Positions 40,616 through 53,597 of a DNA stretch of 64,000 bases are shown piece by piece; the first letter of the stretch is position 1; each line of letters begins with the position of its first letter. The stretch spans positions 10,912,001-10,976,000 of the forward strand of contig OX597816.1 of NCBI GenBank assembly GCA_951406725.2, in the 5' to 3' direction. The notes below the pieces were generated by a model. That model made no database searches. It was not told the origin of the DNA and worked only from the letters and a program-made list of their open reading frames with translations. The DNA is from Octopus vulgaris. Taxonomy: Eukaryota. Made by a program: the position numbers and the translations under genes.

Positions 40616-40658
<43 letters not shown>

Positions 40659-41096
40659 GTACGACAGGCTTCTTTCAGTATCTGTTTACCAAATCCACTC
40701 ACAAGGCTTTGGTTGGCCCAAGGCTATAGTAGAAGACACATGCCCAAGATGCCACACAGTGGGACCGAACCCGGGACCATGTGGTTGGGAAGAAAGCTTC
40801 TCACCACACAGCCACTCCTGGCTTCATTCTGTTTCTCTCTGCTAAATCCACTCACGAAGCTTTGATCAACACAAGGTTAGAGTAGAGGATACTTGCCCAA
40901 GGTTCCAAGCAGTGAGACTGAACCCAGAACCATGTGGTTGGGAAGCAAACATCTTACCACACAGCCACGCCTACCCCATGGTTATTCTTTCTTATTTTTC
41001 TGCATCAAATTTCACTTCCTGTTTGCCTGTTGTGGCTGTTGGCAAGACACTTTATTTCATCTTGCTGCAGTCCACAAAAATCAGCTATTGCAGACA

Positions 41097-41306
41097 CAAG
41101 GGGGCGTTGCAAAGTTCCTGGTTTTAAGTTTATCGTGAAAGGCCTGGTTGGAGACCCAACCTTCTGAGTTCTGTTACAGGCTTGAAAATCTGAAGGCCAG
41201 CTGCAATAGGTGTTAATCGGAGAAGGGTATACATTGAATAAAATCACAATTAACTGATCCTCTTGTATTTTCTTTTACTTAAAGTCAAGAACTTTCAGTC
41301 CCCTTC
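41097..41306 (+). mobile_element. Mariner-derived MITE
   Basis: Homologous to 51690-51907; degenerate TIRs. Confidence 0.7.
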
Positions 41307-41574
41307 ATATTTAACAGAATGAGGTGAAGTATTTGGCTATTTCCAAAAGACTGTGGTTGCTACCATGATTAACTCGGTGCCAATGTTTCCAAAATATTAT
41401 AAAACTGGCACTCTGTTGGATACGGCAACGAGGATTCCAGGTGAACCAACCAATGGACCAGACACCTCATGAAATTAACATGCAAGTGGCTGAGTACTCC
41501 ATACTTTATGTAGTTTTCAAGGAGATTCAGCTTGACACAGAGTATGACAAGGCTGGAAGGTAAATAAGAAAAGA

Positions 41575-41975
41575 AGGTGGCGAGCTGGCAGAAACGTTAG
41601 CACGCCGGGCGAAATGCTTTGTGGTCCGCCGCTGCATTCTGAGTTCAAATTCCGTCGAGGTTGACTTTGCCTTTCATCCTTTCGGGGTCGATAAATTAAG
41701 TACCAGTTATGCACTGTGGTCGATGTAATCGACTTAATACTTATTTCTGTCCTTGTTTGTCCCCTCTATATTTAGCCCCTTGAGGGTAATAAAGAAATAA
41801 GAATTGTTAGAACGCTGGGCGAAATGCTTAGTGGTATTTCGTCCGCCGCTGCGTTCTGAGTTCAAATTCTGCTGAGGTCGACTTTGCCTGGGGTCGATGT
41901 AATCGACTTAATTCCTTTGTCTGTCCTTGTTTGTCTCCTCTATGTTTAGCCCTTTCTGGGTAATAAAGAAATAGG
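41575..41975 (+). mobile_element. SINE family D, tandem dimer
   Basis: ggcgagctggcagaaacgttagcacgccgggcgaaatgc head followed by a second, internally deleted unit. Confidence 0.8.
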
Positions 41976-42333
41976 TAAATAAGAACAGAAAAGTAAAAGA
42001 AAGAAAATTAGAGTTACTTCCCCTTTGAAAATAGAAGCCATCATACACCTAATAGCTGTAGAATAATTCAATGGAAAGTGGTTTAAAGACTACAAAACAG
42101 CTGCTCTTTCTGGAGAGGGCAGTGTCCTCTAGTTTGCTGAAGGAAATTTGTGCATATGTTTGTGCTGAAGATTTCAGATCTGGAATTAAGTAATATTTTG
42201 CAATTCTTAAATCTAAAATGAATGTCCATGTTTCAGCTGTACATAAGTTGCATTATTTAGTTCCATTTACATATGGCATGGATTTTTTATATATTTCTCA
42301 AGTAGAGAAATGTGTATAAACATTTATATAAAT

Positions 42334-42376
<43 letters not shown>

Positions 42377-43643
42377 AATACAGGCATATCAGTATGTATG
42401 AGTGCATATATATATATGTGTGTTTGTATGTATGTGGATATATATATATATATCATCATCATTGTTTATATATATATATACTATGTACATGTGGCATGTG
42501 CATATATATACATACACACACACACACGTGTGTGTATATAAAATGAGAGATGGCTACTTACTTTCAAGATATCTGTGTGTATATATATATGTATACATCT
42601 GCACAGGCTGTCTGTGAAGACTGTATTTATGTCATCGAAATAAATGTACTATTATATTATTATTAATCATTTTCCAGACACATGCCTCAACAGTAATCTG
42701 ATAACTATGATTATCGTCTTCATCATCATTATCATCACCACCACACCCACTGTCGTCATCGTCGTCGTCATATAAGCAACTGTTTTACTCTTCGGAGTCA
42801 GAATTTTTCATCTCCGTACTGTATGTAATGAAAGAGGTTAAGATTTTCGTTCAGTATGTTTGAGAAGAAGCTAACGCTTTTTTGCTAACAACCAAATGTA
42901 ACATCAATAAAGGTGAACTTGTTTGCTTTTCAATGACGTCTTTACTATCTGTCTTGGATCTCCAACTAAAACGTTGCTAATCACTTGAGGCAGAGAAACG
43001 AAATCTTATCAGTGTATTCCTCTCTCTTCTTTGTAGAAATTTTCTGCAAGTGTGAAGGCACATGACTTTGTGGTTTGGGTTTTCTGCTCGGGAGCATAAG
43101 GTCATGATTTCAGTTCCTGGCTGCATGTTGTGGCTGTCGGCAAAACACTTTATTTCATCTAGCTCCAGTCCACAAAAATCAGTTGTACCTGTATATTCAA
43201 AGGGCCAGCTTTATCACATTCTGTGTCATGCTGGATCACCCTGAGAACTACGTGAAGGGTAAAACAAATCTGTGGAATACTCAGCTAGTTACTCGTTAAT
43301 TTTATGAGCAGGAACAATCCCTGTAGTAACAGATTGAGGGTTAGTTTTCTCTGCTATTTCAATAATTTGTGTTTGTCTTAGTTGTTAGAGTACTCAGCTC
43401 ACAATGAGTTCAATTTCCAGCAGTGCATTGGGCCCTTGAGCAAGACACTTTATTTCATGTCATTTCAGTCCATTCAGCTGGCAAATAAGAGCTGTACCTG
43501 TATTTTACACACACATACAGAAATGTGTGTGTGCGTGTGTGTAAACTTCTATACACATTTCTCAACTTGAGAAATATATGAGAAATGCATGCCATATGTA
43601 AATGGAACTAAGAAATGAAACTTAGGTGTAAGAGGCTGGATCT

Positions 43644-44043
43644 CTTTACTTGTTTCAGTCATTTGACTGCGGCCATGCTGGAGCACCGCCTTTAGTCGAG
43701 CAAGTCGACCCCGGGACTTATTCTTTGTAAGCCCAGTACTTATTCTATCGGTCTCTTTTGCCGAACCGCTAAGTGACGGGGACGTAAACACACCAGCATC
43801 GGTTGTCAAGCAATGCTAGGGGCACTAACAGAGACACACAAACATATACACACACACTTATATATATATACATATATACGACAGGCTTCTTTCAGTTTCC
43901 GTCTACCAAATCCACTCACAAGGCATTGGTCGGCCCGGGGCTATAGCAGAAGACACTTGCCCAAGATGCCACGCAGTGGGACTGAACCAGGAACCATGTG
44001 GTTGGTTAGCAAGCTACTTACCACTCAGCCACTCCTGCGCCTA
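43644..44043 (-). mobile_element. SINE family A, full-length young copy
   Basis: Complete head-to-tail copy; 3' half nearly identical to 57108-57285. Confidence 0.9.
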
Positions 44044-44567
44044 CTGGTCACTTTGAAAACAAAATATGGAGAATATCTGGGCTGGAGATGTTCCTTTTTA
44101 AATGCTAAGTGGATGAACTGTATAACTATATAATTTCAATGCATAATTAATTTATCTTTATTCAAAAGCTGTAGTTACTCAAATCATCAGGAATATTATG
44201 TTATGCTAATTTTGCTGTTCTCAACCATCATGTGATCATATGCACATGCACAATTGCACACACGCACACACGTGGCTTCTTTTAGTTTCTATCATCTATC
44301 CTATCCACTCACAAGGCCTTGGCTGACCCAAGTTGGTATTGGGTTGGTGCATAATTATTGCAGCTTGTTTCCAACAAACTTTATTCAACAAAAACAATAA
44401 CAACATTTAACCAAAACATCTTTAAATGACAGTATGACCGTCTGCCAAGCAAATGGGAAGTAGTAATTGAAGTAGATGGTGAATATGCCCCGGAATAATC
44501 ATTTCAAGATGTTTTTATTTACATTATTTACATTTGATGGATATTTGTCCTCATCTTGTGTGTTGTT

Positions 44568-44613
44568 AACACAACGTTTCAGCTGATATACCCTCCAGCC
44601 TTCATCAGGTGTC
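44568..44613 (-). ncRNA. Minimal hammerhead ribozyme of the Penelope pLTR
   Basis: Minus strand gacac-CTGATGA-a-ggctg..cagct-GAAA-CG-TT-gtgtt; stem III reduced to the palindrome ACGT. Confidence 0.75.
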
Positions 44614-44660
44614 TTGGGGAAATTTCAAACCTGGGTTCTCATTTCTAAGGTATTTTTCAA

Positions 44661-44719
<59 letters not shown>

Positions 44720-44721
<2 letters not shown>

Positions 44722-44996
44722 GCCAGCCTCGTCTGGCACCTGTGTCGGTGGCACATAAAAAACACCATCCGAGCGTGGCCGTCTGCCAGCCTCGTCTGGC
44801 ACCTGTGTCGGTGGCACATAAAATCACCCACTACACTCTCGGAGTGGTTGGCGTTAGGAAGGGCATCCAGCTGTAGAAACACTGCCACATCTGACTGGCC
44901 TGGTGCAGCCTTCGGGCTTCCCAGACCCCAGTTGAACCGTCCAACCCATGCTAGCATGGAAAGCGGACGTTAAACGATGATGATGATGATGATGAT
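44720..44996 (+). mobile_element. Family C RTE tail nested in the Penelope pLTR
   Basis: Family signature, 63-bp internal repeat, (GAT)n tail, inserted at an (ATT)n tract. Confidence 0.85.
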
Positions 44997-45789
44997 TCAG
45001 GTCACTCCTTGGAATCGAACTCAGAATCTTGGGGTTAACCACTATGCAACATGCCCGTGGGCAATTATGGAGTAGATTTTAGTGCTTATAAATCTAATAT
45101 TTTCCTATCTTCCCTTAATACTGGTTCCCATATGCTACTCATGTCTGCACTCGGTCTGCTTAGGAGGTTGTTGTGTCTTAGCATATGTGATGCTTCTTAT
45201 ACTTTTCGTATTTTCCAGTGGTGTTCCCTGTCTATTATTTTAACTTCATCCCACAGAAGGAGGTGGTCTCCATTTTCCCATACATGATCACCTATACCCG
45301 ATCTATTAATATCTCCTCGTGTCACAGCTTTGCGATGTTTCTCTACCCTTATTTTGAAAGGGCGGCATGTTTTAACCTTTGTATTACTTACCACAGCTGC
45401 ATAGTAGGACAAATATCCATCAAATGTAAATAATGTACATAATTCCTCATCTCTTAATATAGAACTGAAAGATGTTTCTGTTACATCTTGTTCTTGTTTT
45501 TGTTGAATAAAAAAGCCATAATAATTAGGCACCAACCCAACAGTAGATGACACTTGCCCAAGGTACTACTTCACAGCAAGATTGAACCTGTGACCATATG
45601 GTTATGAAGCATGCCTCTCAACCACACACTCATGAGGGATGTGCTGGCGATATCATCTGTTGATTGTAATATTTATTTCTTTATTGCCCACAGGGGGCTA
45701 AACATAGAGGGGTCAAAGGACAGACAAAAGGGTTAAGTCAATTACATTGACCCCAATACATAACTGGTGAATATGCTCCGGAATAATCA

Positions 45790-46142
45790 TTTATTTACCT
45801 AAGATTCCCTTCAGTCATGACACAGACCATGGGATTGCACCTAGAAAGTTACCCTCCCAGGCACAAGTCCGGGCAAGTTTGTTTATGGAAGACCAGCAGT
45901 CACCCATGCATACCGGCCTTCCCTCCCCCCATCACGCCACCAGTGTTATCCAAGAGAAAGACAGAGACCATTACAGCTTGGCACCTGTGATGTCGCAACT
46001 CATTTCTACAGCTGAGTGAACTGGAGCAACGTGAAATAGTGTCTTGTTCAAGAACACAACACGCAGCTCAGTCCGGGATTCGAGCTCACAACCTCACGAT
46101 CATAAGCTCGATGCTCTAACCACTGAGCTATGCGACTTCACA
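45790..46142 (-). mobile_element. tRNA-derived SINE (family B-related head)
   Basis: Reverse-complement head with ctcagtggttagagc and a B-box-like motif; homologous to 20520-20835. Confidence 0.7.
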
Positions 46143-46339
46143 TTATTTACATTTGATAGATATTAATCGATCCTGAAAGGATGAAAGGCAAAGTCAACCT
46201 CAGTGGGATTTGAACTCAGAACGTAATGGCAGATGAAATACCGTTAAGCATTATGCCCGGCATGCTAATGGTTCTGTCAGCTCGCAGCCTTAATTTCACA
46301 ATATAAATATTCCTTTCTACTATAGACAAGACAGAAATT

Positions 46340-46890
46340 TGGGGGTGGGAGATAATCGATTACATCGACCCCAGTGTGTAACTGGTACTTAATTTATCAA
46401 CCCCGAAAGAATGAAAGGCAAAGTTGACCCCGGCGGAATTTGAACTCAGAACATAAAGACAGATGAAATACCTATTTCAGTACTACCCACAAGAGGCTGA
46501 ACACAGAGAGGACAAACAAGGACAGACAAACGGATCAAGTCGATTATATCGACCCCAGTGTGTAACTGGTACTTAATTTATCAACCCCGAAAGAATGAAA
46601 GGCAAAGTTGACCCCGGCGGAATTTGAACTCAGAACATAAAGACAGATGAAATACCTATTTCTGTACTACCCACAAGGGGCTGAACACAGAGAGGACAAA
46701 CAAGGACAGACAAACGGATCAAGTCGATTATATCGAACCCAGTGCGTAACTGGTACTGCATTTATCAACCCCGAAAGAATGAAAGGCAAAGTTGACCTCG
46801 GCGGAATTTGAACTCAGAACGTAAAGACAGATGAAATACCGCTAAGCATTTTGCCTGGCATGCTAAAATTTCTGCCAGCTCACCATCCTA
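46340..46890 (-). repeat. 184-bp tandem array derived from SINE family D
   Basis: tcgatta landmark at 46356, 46540 and 46724; SINE head only on the last unit. Confidence 0.9.
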
Positions 46891-48267
46891 AATTGTAGTG
46901 TCGAATATTTGAAGCATGTGTGTAGTTTATGTTAAAATAAGTTTTGATGACATCAAAGGATAACATCAGATTTGATTTAAACCAAAAAACCAAAAACCGA
47001 AATTCTTCAATAATCTTATTTTGCCTCTGGGCCATCTTAAGTCTTTCCACATCTTTGAATATGGAAATAAACTTTGGTAGAAAGATCTAGAATTTGATTG
47101 ATTTATTTATTTGTTTTTTTTCTTTTGTTTTCCTAATATGTTTTATTTCTTTTCTCCCCCCACCTCTCCCCTCCACTTTATTCGTATTGAAATTTTTAAT
47201 TGATTCTAATCAGATGTTTCAGAAGACAAACTGAAGCAGTAGAAGTTTGTAGGCTATAGAAAATCATTATCATCGTCGTCATCATCATCATCATCACCAT
47301 CATCATCATTGTCATCATTATCATCATCGTTGTCATCATCGTCATCATTATCATTATTGTCATCATCATTGCACATCTTCATCACCACCACCACCACCAC
47401 CACCACCACCACCATTATCATCTTCATCATCATCATCATCATCCTCCTCCTCATCTACCGAACTCACTCTCAAGGTTTCGGTTGTCTCAGATGCTAAAAG
47501 TAGGAACTTTTTCAAGTTTCCATGCCTTAAGATTGAACCTGCAATCACCTGATTGAGAAGTGAACTTTTCAACCACACAGTCACACCTGTGCAAATCAAA
47601 GCAAAAATTTATTTTATGGTTTTGTTTTTATTTAATTTCAACTGAAGTTCAAATTTAAATTTAAATTTTTAAATATTTTCCAATAATGACTCTCCTTAAC
47701 TCCTTAGACATAACAATATATATATATGCATGTATGTATGCATGTATATAAGTGTGTGTGCATGTGTTTGCACTCCCACCATCACTGAACAACTGATGTT
47801 GGTGTGTTTACACCCTTATAACTTAGCTGCTCACCAAAAGCACACTGATAGAATGGGGTTGATTTGTTTGGCTAAAATTCTTCAAGGTAACAAGTACCCT
47901 AGCATGGTCGTAGTCTAATGATTGAAGCAAGTAAAAGAAACACTTTGTACTTTAGTGGCTTATTTCATTGATTTGCTCTGAGTTGGTACCATTTAGTCTG
48001 GGACTCTTATCTCCGAAAAAGATGATAAAGAAACACATTGTAGAGTAAGGACTCCAAATCTCTCGTCTAACGACCCTGATAATGCTAAAACTGGAACTCA
48101 CCACAGGCCATTAATATCTTGATGTTTATGAGAGATCTAGATGATTAATTTTTTTTTTTAGAAATTATATCAATTAGCAACGCGAAAGATAAAACAAATA
48201 AAGAGTAAAATATTTGAGGCGGAAAAATAAGAAAGAATAAACATGGTGGGTGGGTGGGGGGTGGGTT

Positions 48268-48700
48268 AGGCATGGCTGTGTGGTAAGAAGCTTGCTTCCT
48301 AACCACATGGTTTGGGGGTTCAGTCCCACTGCATAACATCTTGGCAAAGTGTTTTCTACTATAGCCTTGAGCCGACCAAAGCCTTGTGAGTGGATTTGGT
48401 AGACAGAAACTGAAAGAAGACCACCATTTGTGTGTATGTATATATATATATATATGTGTGTATATATGTATGTGTGTATGTATGTATTTGTGTGTCTGTG
48501 TCTGTCCCCACCACCATCGCTTGATAACCAATGTTGGTGTGTTTATGTCCCTGTAACTTAGTGGTTTGGCAATGGAAACATAATAGAATAAGTGAAAGGC
48601 TTACAAAGAAGTCCTGGGGTTGATTTGTTTAACTAAAGGTGGTGCTCCAGCATGGCCACAGTCAAATGACTGAAACTAGTAAAAGAGTAAATGAGTAAAG
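48268..48700 (+). mobile_element. SINE family A
   Basis: Full-length diverged copy. Confidence 0.85.
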
Positions 48701-49552
48701 AGTATATATACACATATATATATATTTACATGTATATGTGTGAGTGTCTTTGTGTCTGTGTTTGTCCCCCCCCCACCACCTGACAACTGGTGTTGGTTTG
48801 TTTATGTCCCCTTAGCTCAGTGGTTTGGTAAATGTGATGAATAAAATAAGTACAAGGCTTAAAAGAAAAAGAAGAAAGCCAAAGTTCTGACGTTGATTCA
48901 TTCGACCAAAACTTCTTCTAGGCCATGTGCCCCAGCATGGCCATAGCGTAATGACTGGAAACGAGTAAAAGAATAAAATAAAATAAAATAATATAAAATA
49001 AAAGGAAGAAAGGTAAAAAAAAAATAACAAAAATATAAACTAGCAAAGAACAAAAAACAAAAGCTGAAGCAGATTGGTCTTCCCCCACCCCACCAAAAAA
49101 AAAGAAAGAAAGAAAGAAAGAGAGAAAGAAACAAATCTGCCCAAAACAACAACAACAACAATAACAGCATCAACAACAAGAACAACAACAACCATGAAAA
49201 ATATTATTCTCGGCTCTTTTGTCTTCGCCATTTTATTAGTACCCGGACTAGTATCCTGCTTGGTTTTACTGTTGAAAAACCACCTGGTTAGTTATGAGGG
49301 TCAGTGTTGGTAATTCATCGGAATATTCGCCCATTATGATTCAGCTATTAGAGTCCATTAGTAACTCTAATCTGCCATTGTTACGACCATAACCCACCGA
49401 CTTACATCCGAGCTCCATCAAGATGTTGTCATGGTGATAATTTTGCTTAAATTGTGATATGCATTAGCATCATAATGGTATGATTGATTAAATATAAATA
49501 GGAATGTAACTTTCATGTGAATTATTTATTGTAACAGCCAGAATGAGCACTT

Positions 49553-49585
<33 letters not shown>

Positions 49586-50870
49586 TTCTTGCTCTCTCTC
49601 TCCCTTGCTCTTTCTTGCTCTCTCTCTCCCTCGCTCTTTCTTGCTCTCTATCTTTCTCTTTCTTTCTTGTGGGTGTAATTAATATATTGTGTCTGGATCT
49701 GCTTGGAAGCAACAATTAATAGACACACATACACATGCACTTGCTTACACACATACACATACACATGCATGTGCATTTGCTTACACATACACACACACAC
49801 ACATGTGCATTTGCTTACATACACACACACACATGTGTATTTGCTTACGTACACACACACACATGTGTATTTGCTTACGTACACACACTCTAAAGCATTC
49901 ACTCACGTGCAGCTACCCTACATAAAAATGTGTGCATCGCTCAGAAAATATTGCAGATGCATCAAAAGTTAGTTACAATAACACACACAAACATTTGTGT
50001 GCGTGGATCATCATCTTCATCGTCATCATCATCGTTTAACGTCCGCTTTCCATGCTGGCATGGGTTGGATGGTTTGACTGAGGACTGGCGAACCAGAAGG
50101 CTGCACCAGGCTCCAATCCAATCTGGCAGTACCACCTGACTGGCCTTCATGCCAATGGTACATAGTAAGCACCCATTACACTCTCGGAGTGGTATAGTAA
50201 AAGACACTCGCTCAAGGTGCCATGCAGTGGGACAGAACCTGGAACCATGTGGTTGGTAAACAAGCTACTTTATTTCATTACAAAATTTTGTCATAAAGAA
50301 ATAATACAGAGTAGCTTGCGGGCTGGACAAAAACATTGATGAGATGAATGATGAAAGAGGATGATATTAATGGGAGAAGACAAAAAACGCCCACCGATTT
50401 TTTGTTTCTCTAAACAAGCTACTTACCACACAGCCACTCCTGTGCCTATTATTCATATAAAATATTGTAAAATGTCAATAATGTTATATATATATATTCT
50501 TTTACTTGTTTTAATCATTTGACTGTAGCCATGCTGGAGCACCGCCTTTAGTCAAAGAAATCGACCCCAGCACTTATTCTCTGTAAGCTTAGCACTTATT
50601 TTATCAGTTTCTTTTGCTGAACCGTTAACTTATGGGAATGTTAACACACAAACATCGGTTGTCAATCAAGGGTGGTGAGGGGACAAATACAGACACATAC
50701 ACACACATATATGATGAGCTTCTTTCAGTTTCCGTCTACCAAATCCATTTACATGGTTTTGATTAGCCTGTGGTTATAGTAGAGGACACTTGCCCAAGGT
50801 GTTACGCAGTGGGTCTGAACCCAGAACCATGTGGTTTGGAAGCAAGCCTCTTATCACACAGCCACTCCTG

Positions 50871-50909
<39 letters not shown>

Positions 50910-50941
50910 CATATATCTATATATCTATATATCTATATATA

Positions 50942-50974
<33 letters not shown>

Positions 50975-51510
50975 GAGGCAGACCCAGGAAAACCTGGGAC
51001 GAGGTGGTGAAGAACGACCTTCGCTCTTTAGGTCTCACCGAGGAAATGACCAGAGACCGAGACTTTTGGAAGTATGCTGTGCACGAGAAGACCCGGCTGG
51101 ACAAGTGAGGCCATAACCCATGGCCCCTACCTGGGATGTAGTCAGTCCACCTATGCATACCTTCCTTCTTGGGACACATAACTCTACTTGTGAAGACCTG
51201 TTGCGGCAAGTGAAAATGGACAAAATGAAAAGCAAACTCGATGAACATTAATGGAATTTGTAGCTTTGTGGTACCAGTGCCGGTGGCACGTAAAAAACAC
51301 CATCCGAGTGTGGCCGTTTGCCAGCCCCGTCTGGCACCTGTGTCGGTGGCACATAAAATCACTCACTACACTCTCGGAGTGGTTGGCGTTAGGAAGGGCA
51401 TCCAGCTGTAGAAACATTACCAGATCTGACTGGCCTGGTGCAGCCTTCAGGCTTCCCAGGCCCCAGTTGAACCGTCCAACCCATGCTAGCATGGAAAGCA
51501 GACGTTAAAC

Positions 51511-51545
<35 letters not shown>
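50975..51545 (+). mobile_element. RTE LINE 3' end (ORF C-terminus plus 3' UTR; source of family C)
   Basis: RGRPRKTWDEVVKNDLRSLGLTEEMTRDRDFWKYAV..* followed by the family C UTR and (GAT)n tail. Confidence 0.85.
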
Positions 51546-51546
<1 letters not shown>

Positions 51547-51560
51547 ATATACATATATAT

Positions 51561-51605
<45 letters not shown>

Positions 51606-51608
<3 letters not shown>

Positions 51609-51652
51609 ACAATTGAGGGTAAAATTAATTAATCAATTTCACCAAGTGTTCA

Positions 51653-51655
<3 letters not shown>
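51606..51655 (-). mobile_element. 50-bp 3'-terminal fragment of the 2.9-4.2 kb hammerhead element family
   Basis: Reverse complement of about 4161-4210, embedded in (TA)n. Confidence 0.85.
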
Positions 51656-51689
<34 letters not shown>

Positions 51690-51693
<4 letters not shown>

Positions 51694-51907
51694 GGGAGTG
51701 CTGAAAACTTTCTGGTTTTAAGGATATCACAAAAGGCTTGGGTGGAGGCCTAACCTTCCGACTTCTTTTACCGGGCTTAGAAAAATTGAAGAATCGCTGC
51801 AATAAGTGTGTGAATCTGAGAGGGGAATATGTTGAATAAAATCATAATTAACTGACCCTCCTGTATTTTCTTTTACCCAAGGCCAGGAACTTTTCAGCAC
51901 CACCTTG
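51690..51907 (+). mobile_element. Mariner-derived MITE
   Basis: TIRs gaagggagtgctgaaaactttctgg and ccaggaacttttcagcaccaccttg; TA flanks; remnant KLKNRCNKCVNLRGEYVE*. Confidence 0.8.
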
Positions 51908-51927
51908 TATCTATATATTTACATATA

Positions 51928-52162
51928 CAGGGTGGCCTACAAGTAGGTGTACGGTTATCACGCAGGCTTTTTAAATTTCTTTTAAAACATTTTATCACAT
52001 TTTAATTTCTTTCTTGCCAACTGAAAAGGGAGCTTGATAAAATTAACTAAATTAGCATAGAATAATGTTTTTATATTTTGTTATTATTAAAATCTAAACT
52101 GTTAATATATGAATGCGAAAGAGATGGTTGAATAACTGTAAATCTACTTTTGGGTCACCCTG
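51928..52162. mobile_element. Tc1-like MITE
   Basis: TA-cagggtggcctacaagtaggtgtacggttat ... ataactgtaaatctacttttgggtcaccctg-TA. Confidence 0.8.
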
Positions 52163-52175
52163 TATATATATATGT

Positions 52176-52557
52176 GGAGGCGCAATGGCCCAGTGGTTAG
52201 GACAGCAGACTCGCGGTCATAGGATCGCGGTTTCGACTCCCAGACCGGGCATTGTGAGTGTTTATTGAGCGAAAACACCTAAAGCTCCACGAGGCTCCAG
52301 CAGGGGATGGTGGTGATCCCTGCTGTACTCTTTCACCACAACTTTCTCTCACTCTTACTTCCTGTTTCTGTTGTACCTGTATTTCAAAGGGCCGGCCTTG
52401 TCACTCCCTGTGTCACGCTGAATATCCCCGAGAACTACGTTAAGGGTACAAGTGTCTGTGGAGTGCTCAGCCACTTACACGTTAATTTCACGAGCAGGCT
52501 GTTATGTTGATTCGGATCAACCGGAACCCTCGTCGTCGTAACCGACGGAGTGCTTCC
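52176..52557 (+). mobile_element. tRNA-derived SINE family B, full length
   Basis: ggaggcgcaatggcccagtggttag..ggtttcgactccc head; tail matches 22790-23030 and 41405-41560. Confidence 0.85.
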
Positions 52558-53597
52558 ATCCCATATATATATGTATGTATGTAAAATTTAGATTCAAATG
52601 AATATGTTACTTAAGTTGAGGCACCAGAATTTTGTACAGTATTATCCATACAATTTCAAAATAAGGTGATAAAAATCAAAATAAGCAAAAAGGATAAGCA
52701 ACTCTATTTAATTGAACAATGCAACCATTACATCAATTTTAATGCAGAGCAATCCTCAGCTGCATAAAGAAATAGAATTTAATTAAATTAAAACAGATGG
52801 ACACATTAGTAAAATTTTACCTAAAATCTCCAAGAAGTTAAGGAGATAGACAAAGAACATGCTGCCTTCACTTCAGCTTAGAAGCTACTAAGTTATCAGG
52901 AAGAAAGACTTGTTACAGATTTTGCCTGTCACTGTTTTATGGGTCCAGTTTTAATTTATAGACTAGTTTTATCAAATCTTAGTATATCTAAGGCCGAAAG
53001 AACAAGGAGTAGTGTCTGTTAGGGATAGGGCTGAGGGAGTTGACAGAAATCATAGTGAGTATAGTCATATTAAGGCCCTCATGCTTTCCGAAATCCACCG
53101 AAACTACACCTGATTATACATACACTTTAGATGAGTTGTAGTGCACCTGAGCACTGTACACAATGTTTTTATTATTATTATTATTATTATTAAGAATTAT
53201 TAGAAGCAATATCATGAGATTTGGTAAAGGAAAACTTAAATCAAGATGCTAGCTGACAATTAAGGGGGCCAGCCACTAGCAGACCATTGATAATGAAACA
53301 GGGGAAATCTTATCATGTAGTACTATAGTTAAATATTTTAAACAATATTGCTATAGTGTATAAAGTTAAAATTTAGGGTTATTCAGAGGATTATTAAGAA
53401 GAATATCATAACAAAAGGATGAAAAGTTTTTTGAATACTTTTGAGTATATACCAAACTTTTACTACAATGGAGGGATGAAAAGAGAGATGTATATGTGTA
53501 TGTGTAAGTGTATCTTTTATCTTTTGTCTTGTACTTGTTTCAGTCATTTGACTATGGCCATGATGGAGCACCACCTTGAAAGATCTTTCCTGTTCTC

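Larger units (their letters stand above)
39585..40620 (-). mobile_element. (TA)n-embedded element with 182-bp direct repeats and two different hammerheads
   Basis: 39585-39766 matches 40077-40259 apart from one extra A; on the minus strand each repeat is preceded by a hammerhead; TA tracts on both sides. Confidence 0.85.
44505..45470 (-). mobile_element. 5'-truncated Penelope-like element: GIY-YIG remnant, pLTR with hammerhead, inverted 5' segment
   Basis: Minus strand CSCGK*YKG/TCRPFKIRVEKH..SGIGDHVWENGDHLLLWDEVKIIDREHHWKIRKV*EA (45405-45110); 45407-45439 is the inverted copy of 44520-44551. Confidence 0.85.
44337..45540 (+). mobile_element. Mariner MITE hosting nested Penelope and LINE-tail insertions
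   Basis: TIRs tattgggttggtgcataattat and ataattaggcaccaacccaa; C-terminal remnant DRLPSKWEVVIEVDGEYAPE*; aagatgttt occurs on both sides of the insert. Confidence 0.75.

Noticed and set aside
52176-52250. tRNA gene (also at 4380, 27077, 43970 and 57978)
   Set aside because: tRNA-like heads run directly into multicopy SINE bodies and lack a clean cloverleaf.
52720-52770. Minus-strand CTGAGGA..GTAA motif
   Set aside because: GAAA is mutated and stem II is unconvincing; relic at best.
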